From: Epithemia pelagica
Lineage: Eukaryota > Protista > Bacillariophyta
NCBI GenBank assembly: GCA_946965045.2
Contig: OX337232.1
Coordinates: 3,286,001 to 3,350,000 of the forward strand
Direction: 5' to 3'
DNA length: 64,000 bases
Each line of letters starts with the position of its first letter. Position 1 is the stretch's first letter. The notes below the pieces were generated by a model. It saw only the letters and a program-made list of their open reading frames with translations. It was not told where the DNA came from and did not search any database. Positions 35,412 to 46,871 of this stretch are shown here, piece after piece. The translations under genes were made by a program, and so were the position numbers.

Positions 35412-38400
35412 TAATTAGAGGTTCGTAATTTCCTTCGGGCCAAAACGAAGTACCGGCAGGGATTTCCATCACAAGATCGCATGCTTTATGAAGTTGTTTG
35501 AAGCACTTGGGAGTAAGTAGGCGCTGGCACATGAAGACGTGCATGGAAGACTGGCGCTTATGACGGGCTTTTCGAAGTTCTTCTAGTGCCACGTCTGCTC
35601 CTCCTGGAGGAGGAGCCCACACGAAGTGTCCTGGCCGAAGGATGGGCAGGGGCAAATCGTTGTGCTCAGACGGAAGCGTCCATCCCCTGATGTCGTGGCC
35701 GGTGGTAAACCAGTCCATGGGAGTCAGGAGCTCCGTCTTTGCACCCAGCCAAGATCGAACTCATTCGAAAAGAGTGTCCGACATTTGGATGGGAGTTTTG
35801 TGAAGGGGGATGTAGGAAAGCATGGGCGACCCCGCCATCACCCCTTCATTGAGTTGGCCTCTCGAAATCCCGTCAACCCCAACAGCGATCATCCGTTTGC
35901 CCGAGACGTGTGAAATGTGAAGTCGCAGGGAATGCCTCATTTCTAATCGCCTCAAACGGATTACGAGGTCTAGGAGTTTTGGGCTGGATGAGGACCCTTT
36001 ATAGAAACATCTTTCCACCGTGGAATTATCGGTGAAGAAGAATACCTCTGTTGAATCAAGCTGGCCCGTGGCCGCTTCTTCTTCAAGTGACTCGACACAG
36101 TTGGTGAATTCCTTCCAGTTGGAAGATTCTTCCACAACAATATTCCTGCCCCAGACGCCCACTCTGTAGGACAATTTCTTTTGTGGCAACTGGAAGGCTG
36201 CACCGAATCCGCATCCTGATGCGTCTCCACATCCAAACAAAGCGACATAGATGGAAGACGATCTGACTTGAACTTTGGGAGGCTCTTCTCCCTCAAGCAT
36301 TGCTGCCAATACTTTGACATCCGACTTGAGACGCGGAACCGCTTTCACTAACTTTGGTGGGTTTTTCCGGGAGAGTCTTTGCTTCACCATTCATTTCCTG
36401 CGCAGAGGGTTCACTTTCCTCATCCACGTCGAGAAAACCGCATAGCGTATTGACCTCGGCATCCGAGAGTTTTTCATGCAACTGCAATATCCATTCTCTT
36501 GCTGAAAGCTTCCATCCATCACCGTTCCGACCCGGCCGCCAGATGTTCATTGTCAAGTAAAAGCCCTTCAAAAACGGCATCATGGAGCTAAAAGTCAAAG
36601 CTTGGTGTACAAAGAATCCGACATCTCCTTGCATTTGCTTGTGATCGAAAGTCGGAGTGTCACTTTCCGCAAACGCCTCCACATATTTCTTCAACAAGTC
36701 CTTGCCTTTTTCCCACTTCTTTTGCGTGAGTGTTTTCGACACTGCTGAAGCCGAGATGTGATGCACGCTACCTGCCCAGGCTCCTGGAGTTTTAGAGGGT
36801 GGACGACGCTTCTGCGGGGCATCCTGAATACCGAGATATTGCAATCGAGACCCCAGACGTCTCGCGACTTGTCATGTATGTTCAGCAGACGATCCCACGG
36901 TTCGAAGGTCGTCCATATATGTTACGACGTCACCGGCGATGTTGTTGAGCTTGGAATTCCACTTCATCACCCATGGAAGTGTGGGGGTATAATCTGCAGA
37001 ACCTGGTATGTTGAAACGTACAGAATCAAACCCACATGGACTTGTTAGTTCTGACGGGGGTCCTTTTGCAACTTCTTCCGCAATGTAGTAGTGTTGCGCG
37101 GCGTGGAAAGGGCTGGGCAACATGCCCATAAACAACCGATTCCAGCGAACAACGCGGGGTTTGGAAGCAAGTGATGTAACCAAATGTTCCCGTAACGGTC
37201 CAAAATCAACACCAGCGAAGGGACGTAGACGAATGTCCATTGGAAAATTGAGAAACATTTCGCCCTAGTCCATGTCACCACAGTAGGAATCACACGTCAA
37301 AAAGCGCAATGCAGACTCAGAAGATTGTAGCCAAAAATTGGGGGCCCACAATGATGCGTTGAGGCCACAACTTGTGCCATTGTAAACCATTCTAATATCA
37401 CATTCCCCTTTGGGGACCGCAAAGTAGTCAGACATGCTCTCAATGGGTGCGTCAACATCGAAGTTGCCACGACTTAGGACGGTCGAAAGTTTGCCGCCAA
37501 CTTGTGTAAGCAAATCGTCCGACGGAGGTCGTTGCTTCCGGTGGTATGAGGGGAGTGCTCCTGAAACATGGATAGGTGTCCCAAACCAAGCGTCAGTTTG
37601 TTGGTCGAGACCATTCCAGCGCCAGAAAACGAGAGAAGAGCCGGCGTCCCAATCCCACCACGTGCTGGCCAAGAGTTGGGAAAGAACTTGGCAACCAGGG
37701 GCGCGCACAACGGGAGCGGATTGTAACGAAAAATCAGTCTTCCCCCCCCACCCCACCCCCCCCCCCCCCCCTAGAGTGTCGGCCCAGACACCAAAGAAGG
37801 CCATGCCATGCCAAAACGTAGACGTAAATAGCGAACAAAACTGCGATACAAGCGTCGACGCCACCAGCGGAGGGCAAGCAAGCGAAACCCAGCAAGAGCC
37901 CTATCCGAGATCCAAGGGAAAAGACCACGAATTTGACCGTTTCAAATCCAAAAAGGAGTGACCGCATCATCCGATTTAACGGCAATATCCGAAATTTTGG
38001 TGTCATCTTACCATGCAACGTGAGGCAAAAAGGCGGACACAGAAGCTATGGGCGTGCCCAACACCCCATCTCGCGTACATTCCGACAAGGCCGATAGCCA
38101 CCGACCGCGCTTGGCTGAACGCAGAGGCGACGGTGGGCCACCGTGTTTGGTACCAGCGGTGCTGAGATGATGGATCAGGACCGGCTCGAGGAAGGGGAGA
38201 GCAGTGTTCAAAACTTGTCCCGGGATCTTGATGGGCGTAAAACGAGGGGAAAGTACATTTTGCACCCACCTATCAAACGACTCATCATTCTGCAATATCC
38301 ACAAGGGGAGGTCGAAAGCAGCACCCAATTCCAAGGGAGTAAGCTTTCTCGTGCCGCATCCATTCTTATAGAAGCGAGTTTGAAACTTCACCGGCTTCTC

Positions 38401-39153
38401 CAACTGACGAGTATGCAACAGATCATCACTGCCGTAAAAGGCCAACGACACAGAAGGCGGAGAACACGGTTCGGGACGAATCGAATGGGTCAGTATGGAC
38501 CCAATGGTACGGCGAGAAGACAACTTGAAAAACAAGGGTGACAAACCACGTCGCCCAACGTGAGCCCGGGCGGTAGTGACGCCACCACACTGCTTGTGTG
38601 TGACGGCCAACCATTGAACTTTCGACAAATTGGGACGGGACCAGCCCGATGGAAGGAGAAGCAGGACAGGCCAACTAGGAGGGATAAGGGCCAAGGATGA
38701 AGCTAGGAAATCCGGGCCGCCTTTCATCAAAACAATCGAGATGATGCCACGGCCGAGTACCATGTCGATGCTGGGAACCAAATGTAGTTTGTCATGACAG
38801 TGAGCTAAGACGGCGCTCCAAAATGGGTCGGCCCGTCGGGCCTCATATTCCGCAGCCAGCATGTAGATACCATGCCAGTCTCCCACACTCAAGGCAAGAC
38901 CCCATGAGAGCCCTGATTGTCCAAGGGTCAAGCACGAAAGATCACTGCGAAAGCTTTTTGAGCCGCGATCAACCGGTCGAGCACAAGGACGCTTGGTTCG
39001 TATGGTAACGGATGCGGGAGGAGCTGAACGTTTGATACCAATCAACGTGGGGTCGGCAAGAGCACCACTGCTAAGGGAGGAAGCCATACTACCTGCGTCT
39101 AAACCAGATGGGTCACATGGAACATCATCATCTAGTTTAGACGCGGCACACCG
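35200..39153 (-). pseudogene. pol: pol (N-terminal MTase-like region, RT, RNase H, MT-like C-terminus), copy 1, with several stops and frameshifts
   Basis: YFAVPKG..IRMVYNGT, DMD*GEMFLNF, RLFMGMLPSPFHA, YMDDLR, GDASG, FTDNS, DGISRG, FVWAPPP. Stops at 38008, 37265 and 36872 among others. Confidence 0.85.
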
Positions 39154-41606
39154 TCACTTTTTGTCACCGCTTTGTCCATTGCGGCGCTGGGCTTGCTTCT
39201 TGAGTTCAGACACATCCTTCTTTACGGTGTCGATAGAGCTGCTAGCAGTGTCAGATGCCTTCTTGGCGGCTGTTACATCTTTCACCAACTGACAGGACGT
39301 TTTCTTCAAACTTTCAACTTGATCCTCTAGTGTCTTCAAAGATTCGAAGCCCGAATTAGTAGATAAAAAGCGAATGTATTCGCTAGAAACCGACGGGTGA
39401 TTTTTGAAACGGGCTTTGACGTATTCGGCCATGACGTCATGCGTGCGTAGAACCCCATAGAGGATCCATGCACACTGCCCCGCACTGTCGGTGGTGGACA
39501 AGGAGGAGTAAACCTGAGCCCGCACCTTGTACAAATCCATGAAGAAGCGGCGGACAACTTGCGTGACAAGGCTAAAAGCCTTACGGGTAGCAAACTTTGG
39601 CTTGATAGTGAGTTCATTCATGGTCTCGTCAAAGTAAGTCACAAGTTCGCGACAACAACCGACCGAAACAGATAGCATCGACAGGGCTAAAGCCCGCGCC
39701 TCAGGTTCAGCAGACATCGTAGTTGCAATCTGCTCCCCAAACATCGAGTTCATGTTGCCCAAACGATTGAGGATTCTATCGCGCACTCCTGTTTCCGGAG
39801 CCTCCCAGTCCGCAAACTCCTTCATTGCTGTAAGAAAGGAGGGGTCACGACCCGTACCAGGGAAGTCTTTGTATAACAACTGGGGGAATTCGTTCTTCAT
39901 GGAATAAATGGCTCTGGCTTCGTTCGTTGTTGCAATCTGCATCTTGTGACGCTTCTCCATGGTTGTAAGCATGGAGAGAACGTCGCCATTTTCTTGGGGG
40001 GCACACCATTCCAATACTAGGTTGAGATCAAACAAGAGACCATATGCTTGAGATCCAAACTTGAGAGCCACCCAAGCCTTGCAATCATCAACCGATGTGA
40101 CTCCAAGACTACCGAACTTGATGGCTGAAGTATCTACTTTGCTTTGAAGGCGTTGCATGGATGAATTGGCGCCCTTGACGAGAGTTTGGAGGTGCAAAAC
40201 CTCGGCTTCCATTGCAATGAACTTCGGGTCTTTTGAAATGTCAGAGCTGGGAGATGTGAGGTGTGACGGAGAAGCAAACATGGTTCGGTTCGCAGCTCGA
40301 TTCAACGCCATATCTTGGGCCTTCAACTTGCTTTCCAATTCCAGGATCTTCTCGATCGTGGAAGAATCGGATTCGATGGCTGACATCCTACTGAGCAGGC
40401 CTTCAAAGCCCTTCACAAACTGGGAGCGGAGTTTGTCTACACTGTTCCGAGACTCGACTTGTGCGGTTGACAACTTGGATGACATTTCAGCCCGCACCCG
40501 CGAAAAGAAAGTTGCCACTGAGGATTCCACTCCAGCAAGTCGACTGTTCATAGCTTGTTGATTAGCTTCAGCTGTGGACGGAGATGTTTCCTGGATGCTC
40601 CTGATCATGGAAGAAATAATTCCCCAAAGAGCAGGGGCCTGGTATTCTTCTGGAAGCTCTTCTCGGGGTCCAATTTCCATCGAGAGTTGGTCAAACTTGA
40701 TTCCAAGACCTTCAACAGCATCGCCCGTTTCCCGACCCATCTCCAATTGTTCCAGATAAAGAGCTCTGATGATGTCACCCACTTCCGTAACCAAATTTTC
40801 GGTTTCACGGATTGCGTTGGGGATGATCGTGGAGTCCGATGAGACCTGACGGATAACTTCTTTGAATTCGCCAGACAAAATCTTGTGATGGGGAGAGAAA
40901 TTCTCAACTAGAAAGGAGGTAGTTTTCGACTTGGCCTTCTGTAAAGTAAAAGGGGTGCGAAGCTTGTCCATGCTAGAGATTTTCTTTTCCGTTTCCTTGA
41001 GACTTGCATCCAAATTTCCTTCGTTTTTGACTTGATTTAAGCGTTTGATAGCAACGAATTTCTTCGTCCAGTCTTCCATAGAATGTTTCTCAGCTTGAAT
41101 TTCTTCAAGAGTCGATTGAGAAATGTCTTCTAGATGTACCACAGGGGTACAGAATGCGGAGGCTGGATTCTTGGCAATGAATAGACCTCCAGTGGGCCCC
41201 AAATCGAAGGCAGGCAGTCCAGTTCCATGGTCCCCGGCTTTGGCGCACTTGGGGTCGATGCAAAAGGTACTACCGCCTCGTTTGAGGCCCAAACACAACA
41301 ACTTTTCAGCGCACTCACTTGTACGTAAGGCAACCACTCCAAACTTACTTGCCGGTGTCGAACGACTGAAGGTCACCGAGGTAGAAGAAGGGAAAGTAGT
41401 GGAGTCCGAGACATGCATCATATCTTCCGCAGATTCCGTGGCAGAGGCAAAAGAGATCTGACCACGGTCCCCCCCCCCCTCCGTAGAGCCGACGTAGAAG
41501 AACGGGCGGCCCCAATGGCAGAGGGAGTGGCGATGGACGCCTGAGCGACGAGCGAAGCGAGGACGGCATCCTCATCGTCAGCAGGAGGAGGCGGAGGAAC
41601 AGACAT
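39154..41606 (-). pseudogene. gag: gag-like ORF1, copy 1 (frameshift in C-run ~41470)
   Basis: Highly similar to 51694-54126; ATG 41606 gives MSVPPPPPADDEDAVL. Confidence 0.8.
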
Positions 41607-42968
41607 GACCGAAAGCAAGCAACCGAGAGTAGGAGAGGGTGAGCGCAGCGAAACCGAAGTTGGAGATTCAGCTCTTCAGAGAACTCAGAACAACGCCAAA
41701 GGTGATCAAGCCTTCGCCGTCGAACCGTAGGAAATCCAAAGAGTGAGAGCTCCTTCTCCCTCTTGTCTTGTTTGTTGCGTGATTGGCTCAGTGGATCTGC
41801 TCGATGCTTGCGCTCCACTAGGGACCTCATTTTGGCGCATTGTTGACCAGTTCCATATAAGCCAAGGCTCTTGAACGGTCGAGTCCTTGGTTCACAAATG
41901 GTGACACTTCAGAAATTGAATTGCAAGTGTTTTGTCGCAGTAGAGGTGACACACATACTTTCTCAAATTCGACTTCCGAATTGCACGCCTGTTCTGCCTC
42001 ATTATTTCTGTTCGGTGGGCACGCGACATTCTCTGAGTCTCGCCCGGCTCTCTCTCTTCGGTCACAATGCGCAGGCTCCTTCTTGATCCCGCTTAAACTT
42101 TGATGTACATTGAGGACTACGAGTAGATAGCTGCTCACCACAATAGGCAACAATATTCTGGAATAGCCCAATTCTCATTATATGGTCTGTTTTACAGTAC
42201 ATTCTAGTACAACATTTTTGCAGAAGTACGAGTCGTGCTTCTATTTTGTCACGGTGCTCCCACTCCCACGGGATGGTTCTCGCAAACCACACAAAATGAA
42301 GCGGACAAGACGACAAGCGGACAAGATGAAGCGGACAAGAAGACAAGCGGACAAGAAGACAAGAAGACAAGACGACAAGCGGACAACAAGACAAGAAGAC
42401 AAGACGACAAGCGGACAAGCACGACTCGTACTTCTGCAATAATGTTGTACTAGAATGTACTGTAAAATAGACCATATAATGAGAATTGGGCTATTCCAGA
42501 ATATTGTTGCCTATGGTGGTGAGCAGCTATCTACGAGCTCGTACTCGTAGTCCTTATTTACCGATGGCTCACAAGACTGAGAAGTAATGTTGTGTACAAC
42601 ATTATTCTTCAGGCTTAGCTAATGATTGATAAGTAGGACATTACAAGACAAAAATTTCATCATGTGTGGGTCATGAGGCTTAGTACCGGGAGCACCGTTT
42701 TTATTGCCCCGGGTTTTTGAAAAAGAGACAATCGCCAAAACGACAAGGACTAGAGCTGTTTAGCTAGTACTAGGCTAAAATGCTGCCTTGTCTGCTAGCA
42801 TAGGGCGCGTGAGGTCATAGCCGACATAGTTTCGCGTGTTCTACTCCTATTTATGTGACGAAGAAGAAGCTAATTCTAGTACGTGGGATCCTTTATTCTG
42901 ATTGGTGCACATGGATGAGACGTGTGTGACGATGGAAAGCGTCCTTTGATTTTTTCTTTTTTTCCTAA

Positions 42969-43006
42969 CTCCAAACCCTCCAAACTCCAAACTCCAAACT
43001 CCAAAC
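42969..43006. repeat. (CTCCAAA)n microsatellite
   Basis: CTCCAAACCCTCCAAACTCCAAACTCCAAACTCCAAAC. Confidence 0.8.
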
Positions 43007-43394
43007 ATAACCATGGATGAGATTGGATGGCAATCATCTAATACACCTATATTATCAGATATCATTGTAGAGTGAATTGACTACGACCAACATCACAGAT
43101 GCCAGCCCCATAAACATTGTTATTGAATAACAAACTTGCAGATTGCAGATACAAGAGAGGAATAGAAAAAATACACCATACTGAATACGAATACACCAAC
43201 TAACATCCGTCTCCTTTCACATCATAGAGGGGCCAACTGCCAACGACCAACGACTCAACTCTCCACACCCATCAATAGCAACATTGTCCGAAGGGAATTA
43301 TCTTGTTCACATTCCTCTTCAAGAAGAATCCAACACAACGTTAAGGCATACTTTGGATGGATGAACTTTTCACAGAAAAGGGAAATCGAGAATT

Positions 43395-45365
43395 ATGAGC
43401 AACGGCCCCCCTTCATCTTTACCATTGTCAAGTCTCGTTGGATCGAATGATTCTCAAGCTGTTGCTGCCAGTACCAGTTCCGACTTGTCCAATTTGATCC
43501 AGAGAGCGTACGCCAATGCAAACCCAGATGAACTGTCTCAGCTTTTGCAGCTGCGAGCGTCAATTACCCAGGATCGAGCCGAACAGACAACTTTGCTGAG
43601 ATCTACTCAATCGTCGTCCTCCACTCAACGTGCAACACTGCATGCTGCGTTGCGACAACAACAACATTTGCCTTCGTCAGTACCACCATCAGCCAATAAC
43701 AGTCCTGAAGAAAATCCGAACCGTAGACCAACTCCTCGTACGATCAGACAGCAACTCCATGACCAGATAGTACAATCTCAACAACAAGGGCAAAATCACC
43801 AACAAGAAAGTGGCGGGTCGAACGACCTTCAAAGCGATCTAATACGAATACTCTTGCAGCAACGAGCCCATCAGGAAAGGCTGCAACAAGTGTCTATAAC
43901 AGGACAGAACAACTCCTTTTCAATTCGGTCGACAAGCCTTCCATCAACTTTCAGTGACTTACCACGGAGAAATGAACAACAACTTGTTCTAGCTTCAGCG
44001 GGAGTCCTCCCTTCCAGACAACAACAGCAGGCGGAAAGCCCTTTTCAAATGGATGGCACTGTCCGACAACAACTTCTTCTCGCCTTGTTACAAAAACAAC
44101 AGGAAGAAGAACGTCAACAAATTGCCCGAGCTAGACTCAGCTTCGAAGGTTCTGTAGTAAGTAATCATGACCAACTAAGTCTCATTGAACGGCACCTGGC
44201 TTCTGAAGAACAGCAGCACCGCCTTCTACAACAACTACCACAGAATCAGACAAGATTGGGGATTTCCGTTAATGGCAGCACACCGGTGGATCCCAGACTA
44301 CTAGTCCCCCTTGTGGACGAACTATCCGGGACCTCTTCGGACATTTCACGCAGGGCCCAACCGTACATTAACAGCACTTCCAATCCTCTATTATCTCTTT
44401 TGTCACATGATGGAACCATGCCTTTATCGTCTTCTGTCTCATCTCTACGAGAAATGACCGCAGATATTCAACGCAACGCAGTCATACGAGCTGCTCTTCG
44501 AAGTGATACTACAACAAGAATACCCAGCGGAACTACCAGTTCTATCACCGTAAGGCCGGGAGAAGCGTTAACACGGTTTGGAGCCGACTTGGGTTCCGAC
44601 AGACGAACATTGGAGTCCGACCTTGAAGGAATATCAAGCTATACGGGTGATTCGGCACGCATCGCCACCACCCCTCTACATTCATCCACAGTCCCTGCAG
44701 AGTCGTCGACCGCGGGTAGTATCACCGCCAATGATGGCGGGACTACCGCTTCTATCCTGGTGGAAGCTCTCAACCTAGTTCGCGCTTCCCATGACAATGC
44801 GAACATGCCCTCATCATCGAATCGTACCACTCACACACCAAGCATTCCCTTTGCCGCTGCGTCCACGCCCTTGCAACAAGAGTTGACTCTTGGTGCTGAT
44901 CCTGTTTCTGGCCCCCAAAGTGTAGCGAGGGCAGTTGCTGCTTCCGAAAAACAAGAAAGTGACGAGGAAGAATACAAGGAATCGTCTGCGAGCGATAGCA
45001 ACCAGAAGAAACGAAAGTACCATCACGAGACGTTTGCTCAGAAGCTTCATCGGCTTATAACTGACGCCGAGTCTGAAGGAAAGGGAGATGTCATATCCTT
45101 CTTAGACGATGGTGGCTTTCGTGTCTCAAAACCTCAGGTTTTTGTTCAAGATATCATGGGCAAGTATTTTCGGGGCAATTCATGGTCCTCGTTTCGTCGG
45201 CAACTCTTTTCATATCGCTTCCCAGTGGTGAAATACGGGCCGAACATGGGCGCCTACCGAAATCCATTGTTTTTGCGAGGCCGTCCCGAACTCTCAAAAT
45301 ACATTGAACGTGATACCAGATATGATCGAAACAACAAGGCCAGGAGTGCTACGAAAAACACGTAA
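43395..45365 (+). CDS. HSF: HSF-type DNA-binding-domain transcription factor (DBD at C-terminus), 656 aa
   Basis: Q/S-rich N-terminus, then ETFAQKLHRLI...ISFLDDGGFRV...KYFRGNSWSSFRRQLFSYRF...NPLFLRGRPELSKYIER. Confidence 0.85.
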   Translation: MSNGPPSSLPLSSLVGSNDSQAVAASTSSDLSNLIQRAYANANPDELSQLLQLRASITQDRAEQTTLLRSTQSSSSTQRATLHAALRQQQHLPSSVPPSANNSPEENPNRRPTPRTIRQQLHDQIVQSQQQGQNHQQESGGSNDLQSDLIRILLQQRAHQERLQQVSITGQNNSFSIRSTSLPSTFSDLPRRNEQQLVLASAGVLPSRQQQQAESPFQMDGTVRQQLLLALLQKQQEEERQQIARARLSFEGSVVSNHDQLSLIERHLASEEQQHRLLQQLPQNQTRLGISVNGSTPVDPRLLVPLVDELSGTSSDISRRAQPYINSTSNPLLSLLSHDGTMPLSSSVSSLREMTADIQRNAVIRAALRSDTTTRIPSGTTSSITVRPGEALTRFGADLGSDRRTLESDLEGISSYTGDSARIATTPLHSSTVPAESSTAGSITANDGGTTASILVEALNLVRASHDNANMPSSSNRTTHTPSIPFAAASTPLQQELTLGADPVSGPQSVARAVAASEKQESDEEEYKESSASDSNQKKRKYHHETFAQKLHRLITDAESEGKGDVISFLDDGGFRVSKPQVFVQDIMGKYFRGNSWSSFRRQLFSYRFPVVKYGPNMGAYRNPLFLRGRPELSKYIERDTRYDRNNKARSATKNT

Positions 45366-45929
45366 GGAGCGCAACATTCTTGCTTTCCCGTTCAACGTGG
45401 AAAATGGAGCTATGTTCTCCTAGAGGACAAGAAGAAACAGTACTTGGGGACAGTAGGAGTAGTCTTCATGGATTATCCTTTCAGCTTCCATCATGACTCT
45501 TCCTCTTCTCTAGGTGAAGTAGATACAATCGTAATAAGATAAATAATGCTCCTTATCAGTAGGAGTAGATGTCCTATTATGATATTTATGATGTCTCGTA
45601 GATCGGGAATCAGTCATGGTCAAGTCTCTTGCCTCTAGCTAGAGTGTTCTGTCTTCTTCGAGTCGTATGTGACATTTGTGCGCGGGTTCCGAGCGAAATG
45701 TACGCCCAAGCGCATTGAGAGGTCCGAATCCCGACAAAGAACATCTACTTCTTCTTGTTGCATCACTCCTTTCGTTCATTGGAACTCTTCTAGCCGCTAA
45801 GGCGTGTTTCTCCAAATACCACAGCACCACATCTCGAACGGTCAAGGCTTCCACGGTTCAGATCATTGAGAACGAGAGACTATACGATTACGAAAACAAC
45901 AATACGCAGAAGTATCTTTGTTTAGATCA

Positions 45930-46871
45930 TTAATAATGAACGGACGGAAGTGAACTTAGTGGCTGAAGGCTTGAAGAAGATCGGGCCCTACGGTGTGTCA
46001 AAATTCTGGATGAGCTCATCCAAAAGAGCATTTTCTTCAGCGGTCCATCCAGAAACTTCATCGAAGACGTCCTCCAGGGTGAATGGCGTTTCCGTGATTG
46101 TCTCTGAAACGATTGAGCTGGAGTAGGTCCAGGAGAAGGCACCGGGTGAACAAGAGCATCTCTCTCAGCGGCCAATCCAGAAGATTCAGCAAGAGTGTCC
46201 TCTGGGATGAATGCAGTTTGCGGCAATGTCTCTGAAGCGCTCCAAGCCGGAGCAGATCCAGGAAAAGGCACCGGATGAACAAAATCATCTTCTTCAGCTG
46301 TTAATCCAGAAGCTTCATCGACCATGTCCTCCGGGATGAATGAAGTTTCCGACAATGCCTCTGAATCGCTCCGAACTGGACCACAAGCAGGCCCCGGGTG
46401 AACATCAGCCAAGTTGATAGGAGTAGGCATCTACGCTGTTGCCATCTTGAACTCTTTGCGAAGGGGAGAGAACAAGAGCTCCTTACAGTCAGTCACACTA
46501 TCTGTGATTTCGTAGAACTCAGCTTCTCTCCAAGTCGCCTCTTTCAAGATGTCATTCGAAGCCCACACTTTGAAGGTGGCCTCGGAGTTACCGGTGCGAC
46601 GACGAGCCTCTTCATGGGCCAACTCGAGAATGGGTGCAACGGATCCATAAATCTTGCACTTTCCCTGTAGAAACTCAGGACCTTGCTCGAGAAAGTACTT
46701 ACGAGAGTCCTCTCGGAAAATGACATTATGCTTCAATGGGTCAAAGCCAGAACACCCAGTGACTTTATGCAAATGATTGGGGTGATGTGCCCCGATATCA
46801 CGACCAATGGTTGCCGGGCCCCTAAAGGCTCTTTTCTTCTTAAAGATTCGTCTCTTGTTTTGCGGGCTCAT
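45930..46871 (-). pseudogene. Unknown protein (weakly DUF6824-like), in-frame TAG at 46431-46433; paralogue of 49870-50517
   Basis: MSPQNKR...KEFKMATA*MPTPINL aligns with ...KEYNMAKAQLENAATVSINL. The C-terminus carries about three copies of a SETxFIPED..x.SGL.AE.D unit. Confidence 0.6.

Larger units (their letters stand above)
33678..42113 (-). mobile_element. Tyrosine-recombinase (DIRS order, PAT/Ngaro-like) retrotransposon, copy 1, decayed; structure A1-gag-pol-YR-B
   Basis: Begins TCAATGTACATC (42113) and ends GGAGTGCCC (33678), like copy 2. A repeat 41657-42113, B repeat 33678-34099; gag, RT/RNase H and YR motifs. Confidence 0.9.
33388..42841. mobile_element. Foldback/long-TIR non-autonomous element (~1 kb without insert) interrupted by YR retrotransposon copy 1
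   Basis: Left arm 33388-33679 continues at 42116-42240; right arm 42417-42841 is its near-perfect reverse complement. The centre carries (GCGGACAAGA/AGACAAGA) tandem repeats at ~42299-42420. No TSD. Confidence 0.75.

Noticed and set aside
42969-43006. (CTCCAAA)n as telomeric repeat
   Set aside because: Only about five units, internal location, does not match a TTAGGG-type motif.
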